64,000 nt of DNA from Macrostomum lignano (Eukaryota). The stretch's first letter is position 1, and the number at the start of each line of letters is the position of its first letter. Position numbers and translations under genes: made by a program. Location of the stretch: positions 280,850 to 344,849 of the forward strand of contig NIVC01001128.1 of assembly GCA_002269645.1 (NCBI GenBank). The letters run 5' to 3'. Below are positions 52,837 through 64,000 of the stretch, in pieces. The notes beneath the pieces are model-generated. The model was not told where the DNA came from. It was given only the letters and a program-made list of their open reading frames with translations, and did no database searches.

Positions 52837-55800
52837 TCAAAATCTTTCGTATCTGGGCCGTCGCCTGTCGTCACAGAAGCCCGCACGGGTCTTGCCGTAG
52901 GACCTCGGGCCTTCCGAGGTCGGCGTGTATTTGCCGACATTGCGCATTCGAATGCGCACCAGGTCGGGCACCTCCTCTGACACTTCGCCCTCCTCGGCTT
53001 CGTCTCCCTCGTCAGCTGCGGCAGCGAACGCCTGCCTGACCGAGGCGTCCTGAACTGGCACCAGATTGCTGGACTCGGCAGGTCTCTGGCCCAGTTGGGG
53101 GAGGGAGGTTTAGGGTATTTAGGTATAAGGAATAGATTAGCAATCCATTCTGTTCCTTCATCCAGCAGATATGGCTATAGATTAGCAATCCATTCTGTTC
53201 CTTCACCCAGCAGATACGGCTATAGATTAGCAATCCATTCTGTTCCTTCACCCAGCAGATATGGCTATAGATTAGCAATCCATTCTGTTCCTTCACCCAG
53301 CAGATATGGCTATAGATAAGCAATCCATTCTGTTCCTTCACCCAGCAGATATGGCTATAGATTAGCAATCCATTCTGTTCCTTCACCCAGCAGATATGGC
53401 TATAGATTAGCAATCCATTCTGTTCCTTCACCCAGCAGATATGGCTATAGATTAGCAATCCATTTAATGCAATCTAACCAAAAATCCAGTTCCAATTACC
53501 TGGCCAAAATTAATGACAACGCCGCTGCGTTGCTGATTCTGTCGCTTAACATTAGAGGCATGATGCTGCGGCTTACTATGATGAGGCGGTGGATTCTGAT
53601 ACTGCTGTTGTTGAAAATTAGGAGGCGGTTTCTGCTGCTGCTGTTGCCACGGTTGCGGAGAGTCAAAGCGCGACTTTTTATAGGCCGGAGCTGCCGGCTG
53701 CTGCTGGCGACCCTTGCGCTCGTCAGTGTCGGCCCAAGGCCTGGGCGGGTGCTGCTTCTGCTGATGCGGCGGCGGCTGTGGAGGAGGCTGGGAAATATCG
53801 TGAAATCCGGACGATTTCTTGCTAGACGCCTTTAACTGCGCCTGCTGTTCGCGTTGCTGCTTCTGCTGCTGCTGCTGATGCGGCGGCGGCTGTGGTGGAG
53901 GCTGGGAAACATCGTGAAATCCGGACGATTTCTTGCTAGACGCTTTTAACTGCGCCTGCTGTTCGCGTTGCTGCTTTTGCTGCTGCTTCAACAATTGCTT
54001 CTGCTGTTGCTGTTCTAATTGTTGCTGCTGTTGCTTTTGCTGCTCCTGCTGTTGCTCCTGCATAGCGGCCAGTTCGATTAGGGCTTGCTCGGCAGCTTCT
54101 TGAGCTTTGCGACGAGATTCAGCCTCGGCCATGGTTGGCAAAGTGGGCAGATGCTGTTGCTGCGGTTGCTGCTGTGGCTGAATTGGAGGCTGCATCGGCT
54201 GCTGCTGCTGCTGAATTTCGTAGCTTGTCACGTTAAAATTAGGAGCCATGGGCTGTTTAGTCTGCTCCGCTGCCAGCGCAGTCTGCTGCTGCTTGAAAGC
54301 ATCGTCGGGAGTAGCCAGCAGGTCGCGCAAGTGCGGGTACATGGCGAACAGGCGTTCAGCTTCCTGCGGATTGTACTGCAGCGCGTAGGACATGTAGGTG
54401 CGCCATTCGGCTGCCTGCTTGGCCAGTTCGCTACCGTCTCCGGTGGAATCCGATGCACTACTGGTCTGGAGGGAATCGCAGGGTGTTGGGTAACCCTTTT
54501 AGATAATTGGGGTGGAATCCGATGCACTACTGGTCTGGAGGGAATGGCAGGGTGTTGGGTAACCCTTTTAGATAATTGGAGTGGAATCCGATGCACTACT
54601 GGTCTGGAGGGAATGGCAGGGTGTTGGGTAACCCTTTTAGATAATTGGGGTGGAATCCGATGCACTACTGGTCTGGAGGGAATGGCAGGGTGTTGGGTAA
54701 CCCTTTTAGATAATTGGAGTGGAATCCGATGCACTACTGGTCTGGAGGGAATGGCAGGGTGTTGGGTAACCCTTTTAGATAATTGGAGTGGAATCCGATG
54801 CACTACTGGTCTGGAGGGAATGGCAGGGTGTTGGGTAACCCTTTTAGACAATTTGGGTGGAATCCGATGCACTACTGGTCTGGAGGGAATGGCAGGGTGT
54901 TTGTTGGGTAACCCTTTTAGATAATTGGGGTGGAATCCTAATGGACTCTAGTGACTCTGTGGTGACTTTAGGGCGACTACTCTAGTGACTTTGTGGTGAC
55001 TTTAGGGCGACTCTAGTGACTCTGTGGTGACTCTAGTGACTCTGTGGTGACTTTAGGGCGACTCTAGTGACTCTGTGGTGATTTTAGGGCGACTCGTGAC
55101 TTTGTGGTGACTCTAGTGACTCTGTGGTGACTCTAGTGACTCTGTGGTGACTCTAGTGACTCTGTGGTTACTTTAGGGCGACTCTAGTGACTCTGTGGTG
55201 ACTCTAGTGACTCTGTGGTGACTCTAGTGACTCTGTGGTTACTTTAGGGCGACTCTAGTGACTCTGTGGTGACTCTAGTGACTCTGTGGTTACTTTAGGG
55301 CGACTCTAGTGACTCTGTGGTGACTCTAGTGACTCTAGTGATTTTGGGGCGACTCTAGGGTGACGCAAATGGTTCTGGAGCCGCAGAGTTGTATCTGAGG
55401 CGTGCTAGAGTCGCTGTAGAATCCCTGTGCTGCGCCTAAAGGGCATCAGTGTAATCTTACCAATTACAATCCCATTTCGCATTTATAACAACTCTATTTA
55501 GTCTTTAGTCTATTTGGGATAAAGAAAGTTAAGCGCAAACAGAACGACTCTTGGAGCTGAAGGTTGACTCGACTCACTTAGTTAATAGCCCATAAACTAT
55601 CGCGGGTGCAACGCTTTCGGAGACATCCTCCCGCACAACCAGCGCTTGAGGCAATTCTGCCCATTCCGCTGACTCCTGAGCACATTCACAAGCGCGCCAA
55701 TACTGTACACAGTCACGCACTCACACACACGCTCACACAGTGTACAGCGGCCCTGACTTTCTAACTGTCAGGCATGTACAGTCTCTGTGACTTGCTGCTA

Positions 55801-56896
55801 CTACAATTTGTACCTGAAAACGATCGAACTCCCTAGCAGCATCAGCCTCGGTAGAGTCAGCAGGATTGGCAAAGCGTCTCTGCTTCTTCACGGCCTCCAG
55901 TTCCCTAAGGGCCGCCCGTTCATCGGGATCGAGATTGGCCTCCTCAGCTTGGCGCTTCGCCTCCATTATTCGATCGAATTCGGCTTCGAATGCCGACTCG
56001 TCATCATCGCCGACGTTGCTATGGGCCTCGGGCAGCGGCTGGGGAGCGCCTGCAGCGGTTGGTGCCGTCTGAGGCAGCGCAGGCGGCTGCTGAGGTGGCG
56101 GCACCTGATTAATTTGAACGAAGTTGCGCACTACTAATTAGATGGCGAGGCATTTTGATTTAAAAATACAGTCGTAGTTACGTTCCGTATTATTAATAAA
56201 CGAAATCACTTAATCTTAAAGTAAAAAATTTTCTAAGTTACGAAATTATGGTAGCCATTAACAAATGCGGCGCGGTTATTTGTGCGCCAGCACCAAGGGG
56301 CACCAGCACAAAGGGACTTTAGCACCAAGGGGCACCAGCACAAAGGGACTTTAGCACCAAGGGGCACCAGCACCAAGGGGCGCCAGCACAAAGGGACTTT
56401 AGCACCAAGGGGCACCAGCTCCAAGGGGCGCCAGCACAAAGGGACTTTAGCACCAAGGGGCACCAGCACCAAGGGGCGCCAGCACCAAGGGGCGCCAGCA
56501 CCAAGGGGCGCCAGCACAAAAGGGCGCCAACACCAGGGGCGCCAGCTTAACAACTTGTTCACAGGGCAGTTAAACAATGTATACTAGACTTATAAATAAG
56601 CCAGCCCCTGCGCTTACCCCAGTCGGCGCACCATTGCCTAGATTAAATCGGCACATAGTTGAAGTGTTGACATTTTTCAAATCAGACGGTCGTTTCGGCG
56701 CTTGAACTGGCGCTGGTACAATGGGAACAGAGGCGGCGGCGCTGCTATAGGCTGCAGCCAGAGCTGCATAGTGAGAAAATGATGGAGTAGAAACTGCAAT
56801 AGAAGCTGCAGCAGCTTGGCCTGGGGACTGTTGAGCTGACACCCCAGCTGTGCTGCCAAATGTGGCTGCTGCTGGTACAGCACTTGGATTCCACAT
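52837..56896 (-). CDS. PCNP: PCNP (PEST-containing nuclear protein) domain protein with a long Q/P/A-rich N-terminus, about 594 aa, 4 exons
   Basis: Exons 56896-56618, 56104-55814, 54465-53500 and 53085-52837, all phase 0. C-terminal VRQAF...EEVPDLVRIRMRNVGKYTPTSEGPRSYGKTRAGFCD resembles PCNP ([27 protein letters not shown]) as I recall it. Confidence 0.75.
53131..53463. repeat. 45-bp minisatellite in PCNP intron 3, about 7 copies
   Basis: Unit TATAGATTAGCAATCCATTCTGTTCCTTCACCCAGCAGATATGGC. Confidence 0.97.
54442..54938. repeat. 69-bp x 7 repeat straddling the PCNP intron 2 / exon 3 junction
   Basis: GATGCACTAC recurs at 54452, 54521, 54590, 54659, 54728, 54797 and 54866. Confidence 0.97.
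54944..55360. repeat. 20/31-bp repeat (GACTCTAGTGACTCTGTGGT with or without GACTTTAGGGC) in PCNP intron 2
   Basis: Directly visible. Confidence 0.93.
56286..56547. repeat. 16-bp-subunit repeat (AGCACCAAGGGGCGCC) in PCNP intron 1
   Basis: Directly visible. Confidence 0.93.
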
Positions 56897-57426
56897 TGGT
56901 TTGTCAAGCAGATTTTTGGCAGCAAAGCTTTCTTGACAACTGCCAATTTTAGTTCACAGGTAAAGCCAAGTGTTAAACTCTGCTTTGAGTTAATTTAATT
57001 GGTGTCAGAATGGGCATGAATTAAGATACAAGTTAGAGTTTAGGAAACAAACTTATATTTTTTGACTTCTCATCAATTAACTAATATAGTAGGCCCTATT
57101 TGTTATTTTAATGAAACACATTTTCTCTTAAATTTGCCAATTTGTTTTACTGTACAAATATTAACTGCATTTGACTGGCCGTAAAATAATAATGACAAGC
57201 TTTTTTTAACGCCAGCTAAATACTGCCTACTTTATTTTATAAGTATTGGATTAAACAGAAAGTTCTTGCAGTTTGTAGAGCCTTCTATAAAACAAAGTTT
57301 TTTAAAAACACAAAGGCACATCAATCCAAGATGTAACTGCCATTATTATCAATCACTTTCTGCTAGCAATTAGGCAGCTTCTCAATGCCCCTACACATGG
57401 TACTTGGCAAGCTTGCTCTTAAAGTA

Positions 57427-59000
57427 TTGGTTTTTGCGAGCTATCTCAGCCAAGGAGCAAGCAAACTCATCCATCCCATAGATTTCAATACGACGAAGGA
57501 GGTGGTTTGAACCATAGACTATCACGTTTTTTCAACCAAACTCATCCAACGGGCGAGCAATCTCAGCCATAGCTTGTCTGCCCATTCATTTCCTCTTCCC
57601 TTCTTTCTTTCCTCCTCCTCCGATGGCTCAGTTGCGACAAACATCTAACTCCGACAGAGAGAAGCTAATCAACGCATGGAATGACGGACAAAATTTGAGC
57701 ACTGCTTCACGCATTCTCGGGATAAAGCTGAAGACGTCCAGACATATAATCCGGACTTACGTAGCTACTGGAAGAATTGCTGCTCTCCAACGTGGCGGAA
57801 TAAGGGAGGAATCAAGCAAGATTGACGCAGAAATGCGCCAAGAGTTGACTCGCATTGTGAATGCCAATCCGTTTGCAACACTCGAGACCATGTGTCAGCA
57901 GCTGCACGAAAGACTGCCAAACAAACCCGTGGTGTCGACTACGACTGTGCACAGAGCACTGCAGGGCTCTCTGTACACATTCAAAATTGCGACTAAGGAC
58001 GCGGACATTCGCCTGCAAGCCAACTCGGATGAAGTGCTTGCCCGACGACGCGACTATGCCCAGATGATGACGACGCTGCCACACGATGCCGTGGTGGTGT
58101 ACATCGATGAGACTGGATATAACTTGTGGAGCCGAAGGTCACAAGGCCGAGCAATCAGAGGTCAGCCTGTGCGTCGCATCTGCACCACTCAGAGAGGACC
58201 GAATTTGACCATTTGCCTTGCCGTCTCCTCTGCGCTGGGTTTGGTCAAGAGTGAGATCTTCCGAGGAGGCCAAACGCGGCCGCGGTTTCAACAGTTTGTA
58301 AACGAGCTAGTGGAGCAAGTCCAAGGCCAGGTTAACAATGCGAGAATTGTAATTGTCTGTGACGGGCCGACCTTCCACCGTGGAGTCATCGTGCCACAGA
58401 ATCATCAGCCGAGGATTTCACTGCAGCTGCTTCCTGCCTATTCGCCGTTCCTAAACCCATGCAAAATGGCGCATAGGCTGACATCAGACGGCAGCTGGTC
58501 AATCCTGCCCTGGTGGAAGAGGAAGCTGGTGGAATTCCGGATGGAATGAACCGTACCGAGTGGCGCTGTATTCTGTTGGAGCGACTTGGCCGCATTGCCT
58601 TGGACACGGTGACACCACTGAAGGTGGCTCGCTGGGAAATTCATTGCGGCAGAAATTATGCTCAGTGCATCCAGCAGCAGCCCTTTGTCTAATGAGACTA
58701 GCTGAAAAATTGACACCGTGCATCAGATGCAACCAGTGCTTATTTAGTGAGTCATTTGTTTGTTCCGTTAGTCAATTTCCTGTGTTCTGATGTGCTGCTC
58801 TATCATAAAGTCTCTTATATATGAACCAATTAAATTTTTCGCTTAATAAACAAGCTATGGCTGAGATTGCTCGCCCGTTGGATGAGTTTGGTTGAAAAAA
58901 TGTGATAGTCTATGGTTCAAACCACCTCCTTCATCGTATTGAAATCTATGGGATGGATGAGTTTGCTTGCTCCTTGGCTGAGATAGCTCGCAAAAACCAA
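57427..59000 (+). mobile_element. IS630/Tc1/mariner-superfamily DNA transposon, defective, 151-bp TIRs
   Basis: TIRs 57427-57577 and 58850-59000 (2 mismatches); TA on both sides; central transposase. Confidence 0.95.
57623..58692 (+). pseudogene. DDE_3-type transposase with E-to-K change and a C-terminal frameshift
   Basis: HTH N-terminus; YIDETG; VCDGPTFH; LPAYSPFLNPCK (K where the catalytic E is expected). The frame shifts near 58475; the alternative frame ADIRRQL...QQQPFV* ends at 58692. Confidence 0.88.
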
Positions 59001-59084
59001 TACTCACCCAACTACATTTCAAGCTCTTTGGTCAACAAATGTTAGGTTGTCTATGGTGTTTCTCAGAGAGCAAAGTAGGTAGTA

Positions 59085-59644
59085 TTGCTTTTGTCAGCCT
59101 AACTGAGAATAAAGTCACCCAAAGTGAGAACCCTGCCTACGCTGACTGCGAAGGGCCTGGCTGCGTGCAGCCTTAGTCTATGGGCCATAGACAATAAAGG
59201 ACAAGCAAAGTGATAAAAAGCCATCCAATGTGAGAATCGATTGGTCTATGTGTCGTATTCTTTTATTTTTATACCTTCTGAGCTTCTGAGCCATATGACT
59301 AGCCAATCCTAGCTTATCCTTTATAGTCTATGGCTCATAGACCAGGCTGGACGCAGCTAGGCCCTTCGTATTCAGCGTAGGCAGGATTCTCACATTGGAT
59401 GGCTTTTTGTCACTTTGCTTAATTTTTATAGTCTATGGCCCATAGACTAAGGCTGCACGCAGCCAGGCCCTTCGCAGTCAGCGTAGGCAGGATTCTCACA
59501 TTGGATGGCTTTTTATCACTTTGCTTATCCTTTATAGTCTATGGCCCATAGACTAAGGCTGCACGCAGCCAGGCCCTTCGCAGTCAGCGTAGGCAGGATT
59601 CTCACTTTGGATGGCTTTATTCTCAGTTAGGCTGACAAAACCAA
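59085..59644. mobile_element. 560-bp MITE with about 154-bp TIRs and a TA duplication
   Basis: Arms 59085-59238 and 59491-59644; TA at 59083-84 and 59645-46; extra about 105-bp subunits internally; palindromes GTCTATGGSCCATAGAC. Confidence 0.9.
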
Positions 59645-60424
59645 TAGTTGAAAGGGCTAAGGTCTAGGTTATATAGTTAGTGGGGTAGGACCTCCTAGCA
59701 TAGCTCCAGTAGGGACTATACACTTTCATATAACATTTCATCTTAAATTTCATTTTAATTGCAAAAAAATATTTTTTCAAACACAAACTGTTCCTTGAGT
59801 TTTAAATGTTGAGAGAAGAGACTTATAATGCTGGAAAGATCTTTAAATGCTGAGTTAGGAGATATAGGTTGTTTGCTTAAAGTATGAAAACTAAAAGCAC
59901 ATCATTCAAAAAACAATTTTCATACATTTAACTTTCTGCAAAGATTGTACTTATTTTTGCAAGATGTAATAGATTTTGAATATATTTATATTTAGGCTAG
60001 ACAATTAGAAAGCACCTTTTTACACACTTCAATTCAACAGTCTTTTGATTAAATTGATGGATTACAATTTGAAGATGATGTTAATAGAGTTTCACTTCAT
60101 GGAGAGGATTTTGTGGGATTTCTATTACACAGAGAGGATTTTGATAGATTTTAGAAAGGATTTAGATGATGGGATTCATACATGTGCAACATCCAAAATT
60201 TGGTCGGCGATGCGACTTAGTTTTAACAAAAATGCAATGTAGTTTTTGGCCAAAAATGTGACTTACATATAAAAAACTGTAAAGCAAAATTAATGCAACT
60301 TTGGGTAAATGGCAGGACTAACTATAACTGTCTTATTAAGTCAAAATGCCTTGTCAGCTACTTAGTACTAATTACTTGGGTGGGCATTTTTTTTTGAATG
60401 GGCATTTTTGTGACTTCTTTGGGG

Positions 60425-60680
60425 GTCACTTTCACAAGTGCTAATTTTCATAACCACTAATGACATTGACTTTCACAAGCGCTAAACTTCATAATAGCTA
60501 AAAATTTGCTGCCTACTTTCACAAGCACTAAACTTCACAAACGCTAAACTTCAGAATAGCGAAACCACCTACTTTCACAAGCGCTAAACTTTACAAGTGC
60601 TAAACTTCACAATAGCTACAAATTCACCACCTACTTTCATAAACATTTAATTTCACAAGTGCTAAACTTCACAAACAATA
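60425..60680. repeat. Degenerate repeat TACTTTCACAAGCGCTAAACTTCAC
   Basis: About 7 imperfect copies. Confidence 0.75.
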
Positions 60681-62137
60681 CATTGCCAAGGGATTATGTC
60701 TTGTGTTTATTTAAGAATGTGCAATCTAAACACATATTTAAGTTAGTCATTAAGTTCATAAAGTGAAAGTTTGCATGCTATATTGTGTGCATTATGGCAG
60801 GTATGCTTTTGTTTAAAGTTATACTTAAACAGAAAGTATTGACCAAATTAGATGTTGCAGTTGTGTAGTTGGTCTATGTGACGGTACATTATTTAACACC
60901 ATCATCCGCATGCATGACGTAGCTTGCAAAGTATCAAGTGTTAATCTTACATTAACCATTAAGAATGCTCTGTTATTGTTTTGAATCCATTTTTATGTAG
61001 AAGTATCAACCATTAAACATTCTATTTTTAATTACTTGGATTAACTTCTGCAGTGCAGTAAACTGTTAAAAAACAATTTCCACCTAGGTTGAAGTTACAA
61101 TCCACAAATGCTTGTGCTTGATTTTCTTCTAAATAAAATTAAGAATATTGAATAGCACTTAAAACTCTAACAACATAATACACATTACTAAAGACTAAAT
61201 TGCATTACACTTCACAGTTTACATAGGCATTATCTGGCCTAATATTTATTTGTCCTTACTTGCTTTTATTTAACTGTTTAGTCTAGTCTTTACTCTCTAG
61301 GATCATATCCAAGGTGGGAGTATCCTAACTCTGTATTCAGTAGTAGTATATACAGTTTTAAGTGTGAGTAATTATAGTGATCATTGAATAAATAATGTAT
61401 TACAATTTATATTTAGATGATGCATAATTGTAAAATGCAAAAGGTGCACATGCACTTCTTGTGATATGCATATACAATTTAGCATTAATTGGAACAAAGT
61501 CAAGGGTGCAATTTACCATCCCAATTTTTTACTATTCTTTATGGTTTTTCTAGTTTTTAAAAAATCACACATGTCATGAGATTGCATCCTAAAATATGGA
61601 GCAAGGCAAAAAATCAGCAAATATTCAATGTTGATGGCAATGAAATATGCCCAGTTGCCAGTAAAATGTTCATTATAATCTAATAAAGCATATATTCTAA
61701 TTCTAAAAGATACTTAAATATGTCTATATACTTTAAACTAGTAAATCTTTCTGTTCTCTACCAGAAGTAGATAGATCCTATGTGAAAGGGTTATATAAAT
61801 AAATTAAGATAATGAAGGTAGAATAACAGATCAATTTTAATATGATATTACCTGCTAGGTAATTTGTAAATATATAGCCCTTTCTCTATTTTTTCCATTT
61901 GCAAATTGTCTCTAATTTAGTGTTTTTGTATATGATGGCAAGATGTATTTATTTATAGAACTTTCCTTAAGTTCTAGGCAATAGCAAATTAAATATAAGC
62001 TGTCTTTGTAAGTTGTAACTTATCTAGTTTTACATAAAGTATTTTTTGTTCAACTTTTTCTGGGGTCAAAATATAAATAACTGCCAAACCGTCCTCTTTT
62101 CAGCATTAAATCTTCGAGAAAAATTGCTATATCTGCA

Positions 62138-63964
62138 ATGGCTTTTGAGTTTATTGAGGGCCGCAGAGGCTCAAATCTACTCCTACTTGACCAGTATGTT
62201 TATAGGTACAGAAGGAAAGAAGACAAAAAGCAATACTTCACTTGTCGAAATTCTGACTGTTATGTGAAAGCCACCCTGTCATTAGTGCCTGGTGGGGGCA
62301 CTGCCACAACCAATGGGCATCACAATCATGGCCCCATTTCCATTGAGGAAGTTAGCAAGATGAGGATAAAGCAATGCCTGAGCAAGGTTGCCAGGGAACA
62401 GCCAGCAAAGTGCCTGCGAATTATTTTTGACAAAGTAACTGCTGAAAATTTAGATGGACAAGAAGTCAATTCCCGCAAGTGGAGTTGCAAATGTGCCGGG
62501 CGCGACAAGCTATCCAACCTCGAATTCCTACTTCTATAGACGAGGCTGTCAATCTTTTACAAAATGAGGCAATGAATCTACAGGATTGCGGTATTGACAG
62601 CAAAAAAGTATTCCAAGGCAGTAGTCAGGGTGAACAGCAATCTGCTGTATTTTTTGCCTACCCTGATCTGCTAGTTAAACTGCAGCATGCCAGCACCATC
62701 TTTGTTGATGGCACATTTTGAGTGGTGCCTCAACTATTTTTTCAGCTGCTGACAATTGGAATCGTCAAGCAAGGCCTCTTTTTCCCATGTTTCTTTGCTC
62801 TTCTTAGTGGCAAGACAAAAACCGCATATCATCTAGTGTGGAACAAATTCAAACAACTTCTGTCTGCGTTTAAGCTGCTAAGTGTCATGAGTGACTTTGA
62901 GGTTGCTCTACATGATTCCTTGCTTGAGGCCTTCCCAACATCTTTGGCTCATGGATGCTGGTTCCATTACACAAAAGCCATTTTGACAAAGTTGAAGAAA
63001 CTTGGGCTATGGACCAATATCTGCTATAATGCTGAGTTTTGGAGATATGTAAGGCTGTTAGTTAATGTGTCTGCCACTGCTTCTAGCATAGCATATTGTG
63101 GCATTGCATGTAGTCCTACAACAACATCTTCATTACAATGCTTGCAAATGACAAGATGCAAGCTTTGCAAAGAGCATATATATATACAACCATTCTTACT
63201 GGCTAGATAAAGTTGGTGCAACTATCCTATCTGTTTTTGAATGTGAAGAAAGGACGACTACAAAGGAAGTGTTTTACCATAGCCAATGGAAGAGCTTCGT
63301 AGAGACTGCTCACCCAAGCATGTGGGACTTCACAGTAGCGCTTTCTGCATCGACAAAGAGGAGTATTTGCTCAACATACATGGCTGACCTAGACTGGCTA
63401 AATCATGGACTTCTGATCTGCCAAGTGCAGAAAAAGCGCTACATGCTCAGAAGTGTCTGCATTTGATAGCAATACTAGCTTTTAGCTAATCACCAGGCAA
63501 CACCATTGTAGGTATTGCGCAATTTGAGTGCATCAGCTGATCTTCCTCTTGATGACCCACAAGATGCTGCAGGCCTGGGCATAGACCAGCAGCCCGGCCA
63601 GGCCATCAACCAGCAGCCCAGCCAGGCCATTGACCAGCAGCCTGGCCTGGCCATTGACTAGCAACCCAGCCAGGCCATTGACTAGCAGCCTGGCCTAGCC
63701 ATTGACTAGCAGCCTGGCCAGGCCATCAACCAGCAGCAACCCGGTCAAGGTGCCAGCCAGCACCAGCCTGGCTTAGATGCCGACCACCAGCAGCCCGACG
63801 TGCCATGTCTGGTGTGTCTAGATGACACAATCTCCACCTCTGCCATATATCCTTGCGGCCACGTTGTTTGTTCTATCTATGCAGAAAGCCTTATGATTAG
63901 AGAGCTGCCATGTCCTGTTTGTCAACACAATCGTGAAGCAGTCATGCCACTTTTTTTTAATTGA
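62138..63964 (+). pseudogene. Mutator-like (FLYWCH-MULE) transposase pseudogene with a C-terminal RING-like finger
   Basis: FLYWCH (YVYRY...YFTCRNSDCYVKAT...HHNH); MULE motifs IFVDGTF*, VMSDFE and GCWFHY; 24-bp repeats (IDQQPGQA); CLVC...PCGHVVC...CPVC at 63806-63922. Several stops and frameshifts. Confidence 0.85.
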
Positions 63965-64000
63965 GTGCCTTGTACTGCATGTGTGCAGCTGAATTTTTTG

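Noticed and set aside
55340-55425. Candidate extra PCNP exon after the acceptor-like CTGATGCCCTTTAG (AQHRDSTATLARLRY...)
   Set aside because: No convincing donor before an in-frame stop; exons 2 and 3 already join in phase 0. Cannot be excluded without RNA data.

Overview
Eukaryotic (invertebrate) genomic DNA, not prokaryotic: GC-rich exons with GT-AG introns, AT-rich intergenic DNA and very dense tandem repeats. The style fits a free-living flatworm such as Macrostomum; this is an inference, not verified. Six spliced genes lie on the minus strand. In transcription order they are: a long PCNP-domain protein, a klumpfuss-like 3xC2H2 factor, USP22, DUS4L (with an apparent 1-nt frameshift), AMPK alpha and an alpha-arrestin. 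A plus-strand, intronless 136-aa ORF has Trp in a strict heptad register. Mobile DNA: an intact RTE LINE (APE+RT, 955 aa) inside DUS4L intron 2, a degenerate RTE, a CORE-SINE, a defective IS630/Tc1-type element beside a MITE with matching termini, a FLYWCH-MULE-RING pseudogene, a fossil hAT and several small TIR elements. The most notable patterns are these. (1) All 16 modelled introns carry their own unrelated tandem array. (2) One array repeats a 3' splice site 7 times, and every upstream copy leads to an in-frame stop. (3) The Trp-heptad coiled-coil ORF. (4) An 18x17-bp AATAAA-containing array in the LINE leader. (5) A co-oriented USP22-DUS4L-AMPK-arrestin cluster with unpaired acceptors, possibly an operon. 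(6) Two identical RFX X-boxes at the USP22 start. All coordinates and exon models were read by eye; no database searches were run.
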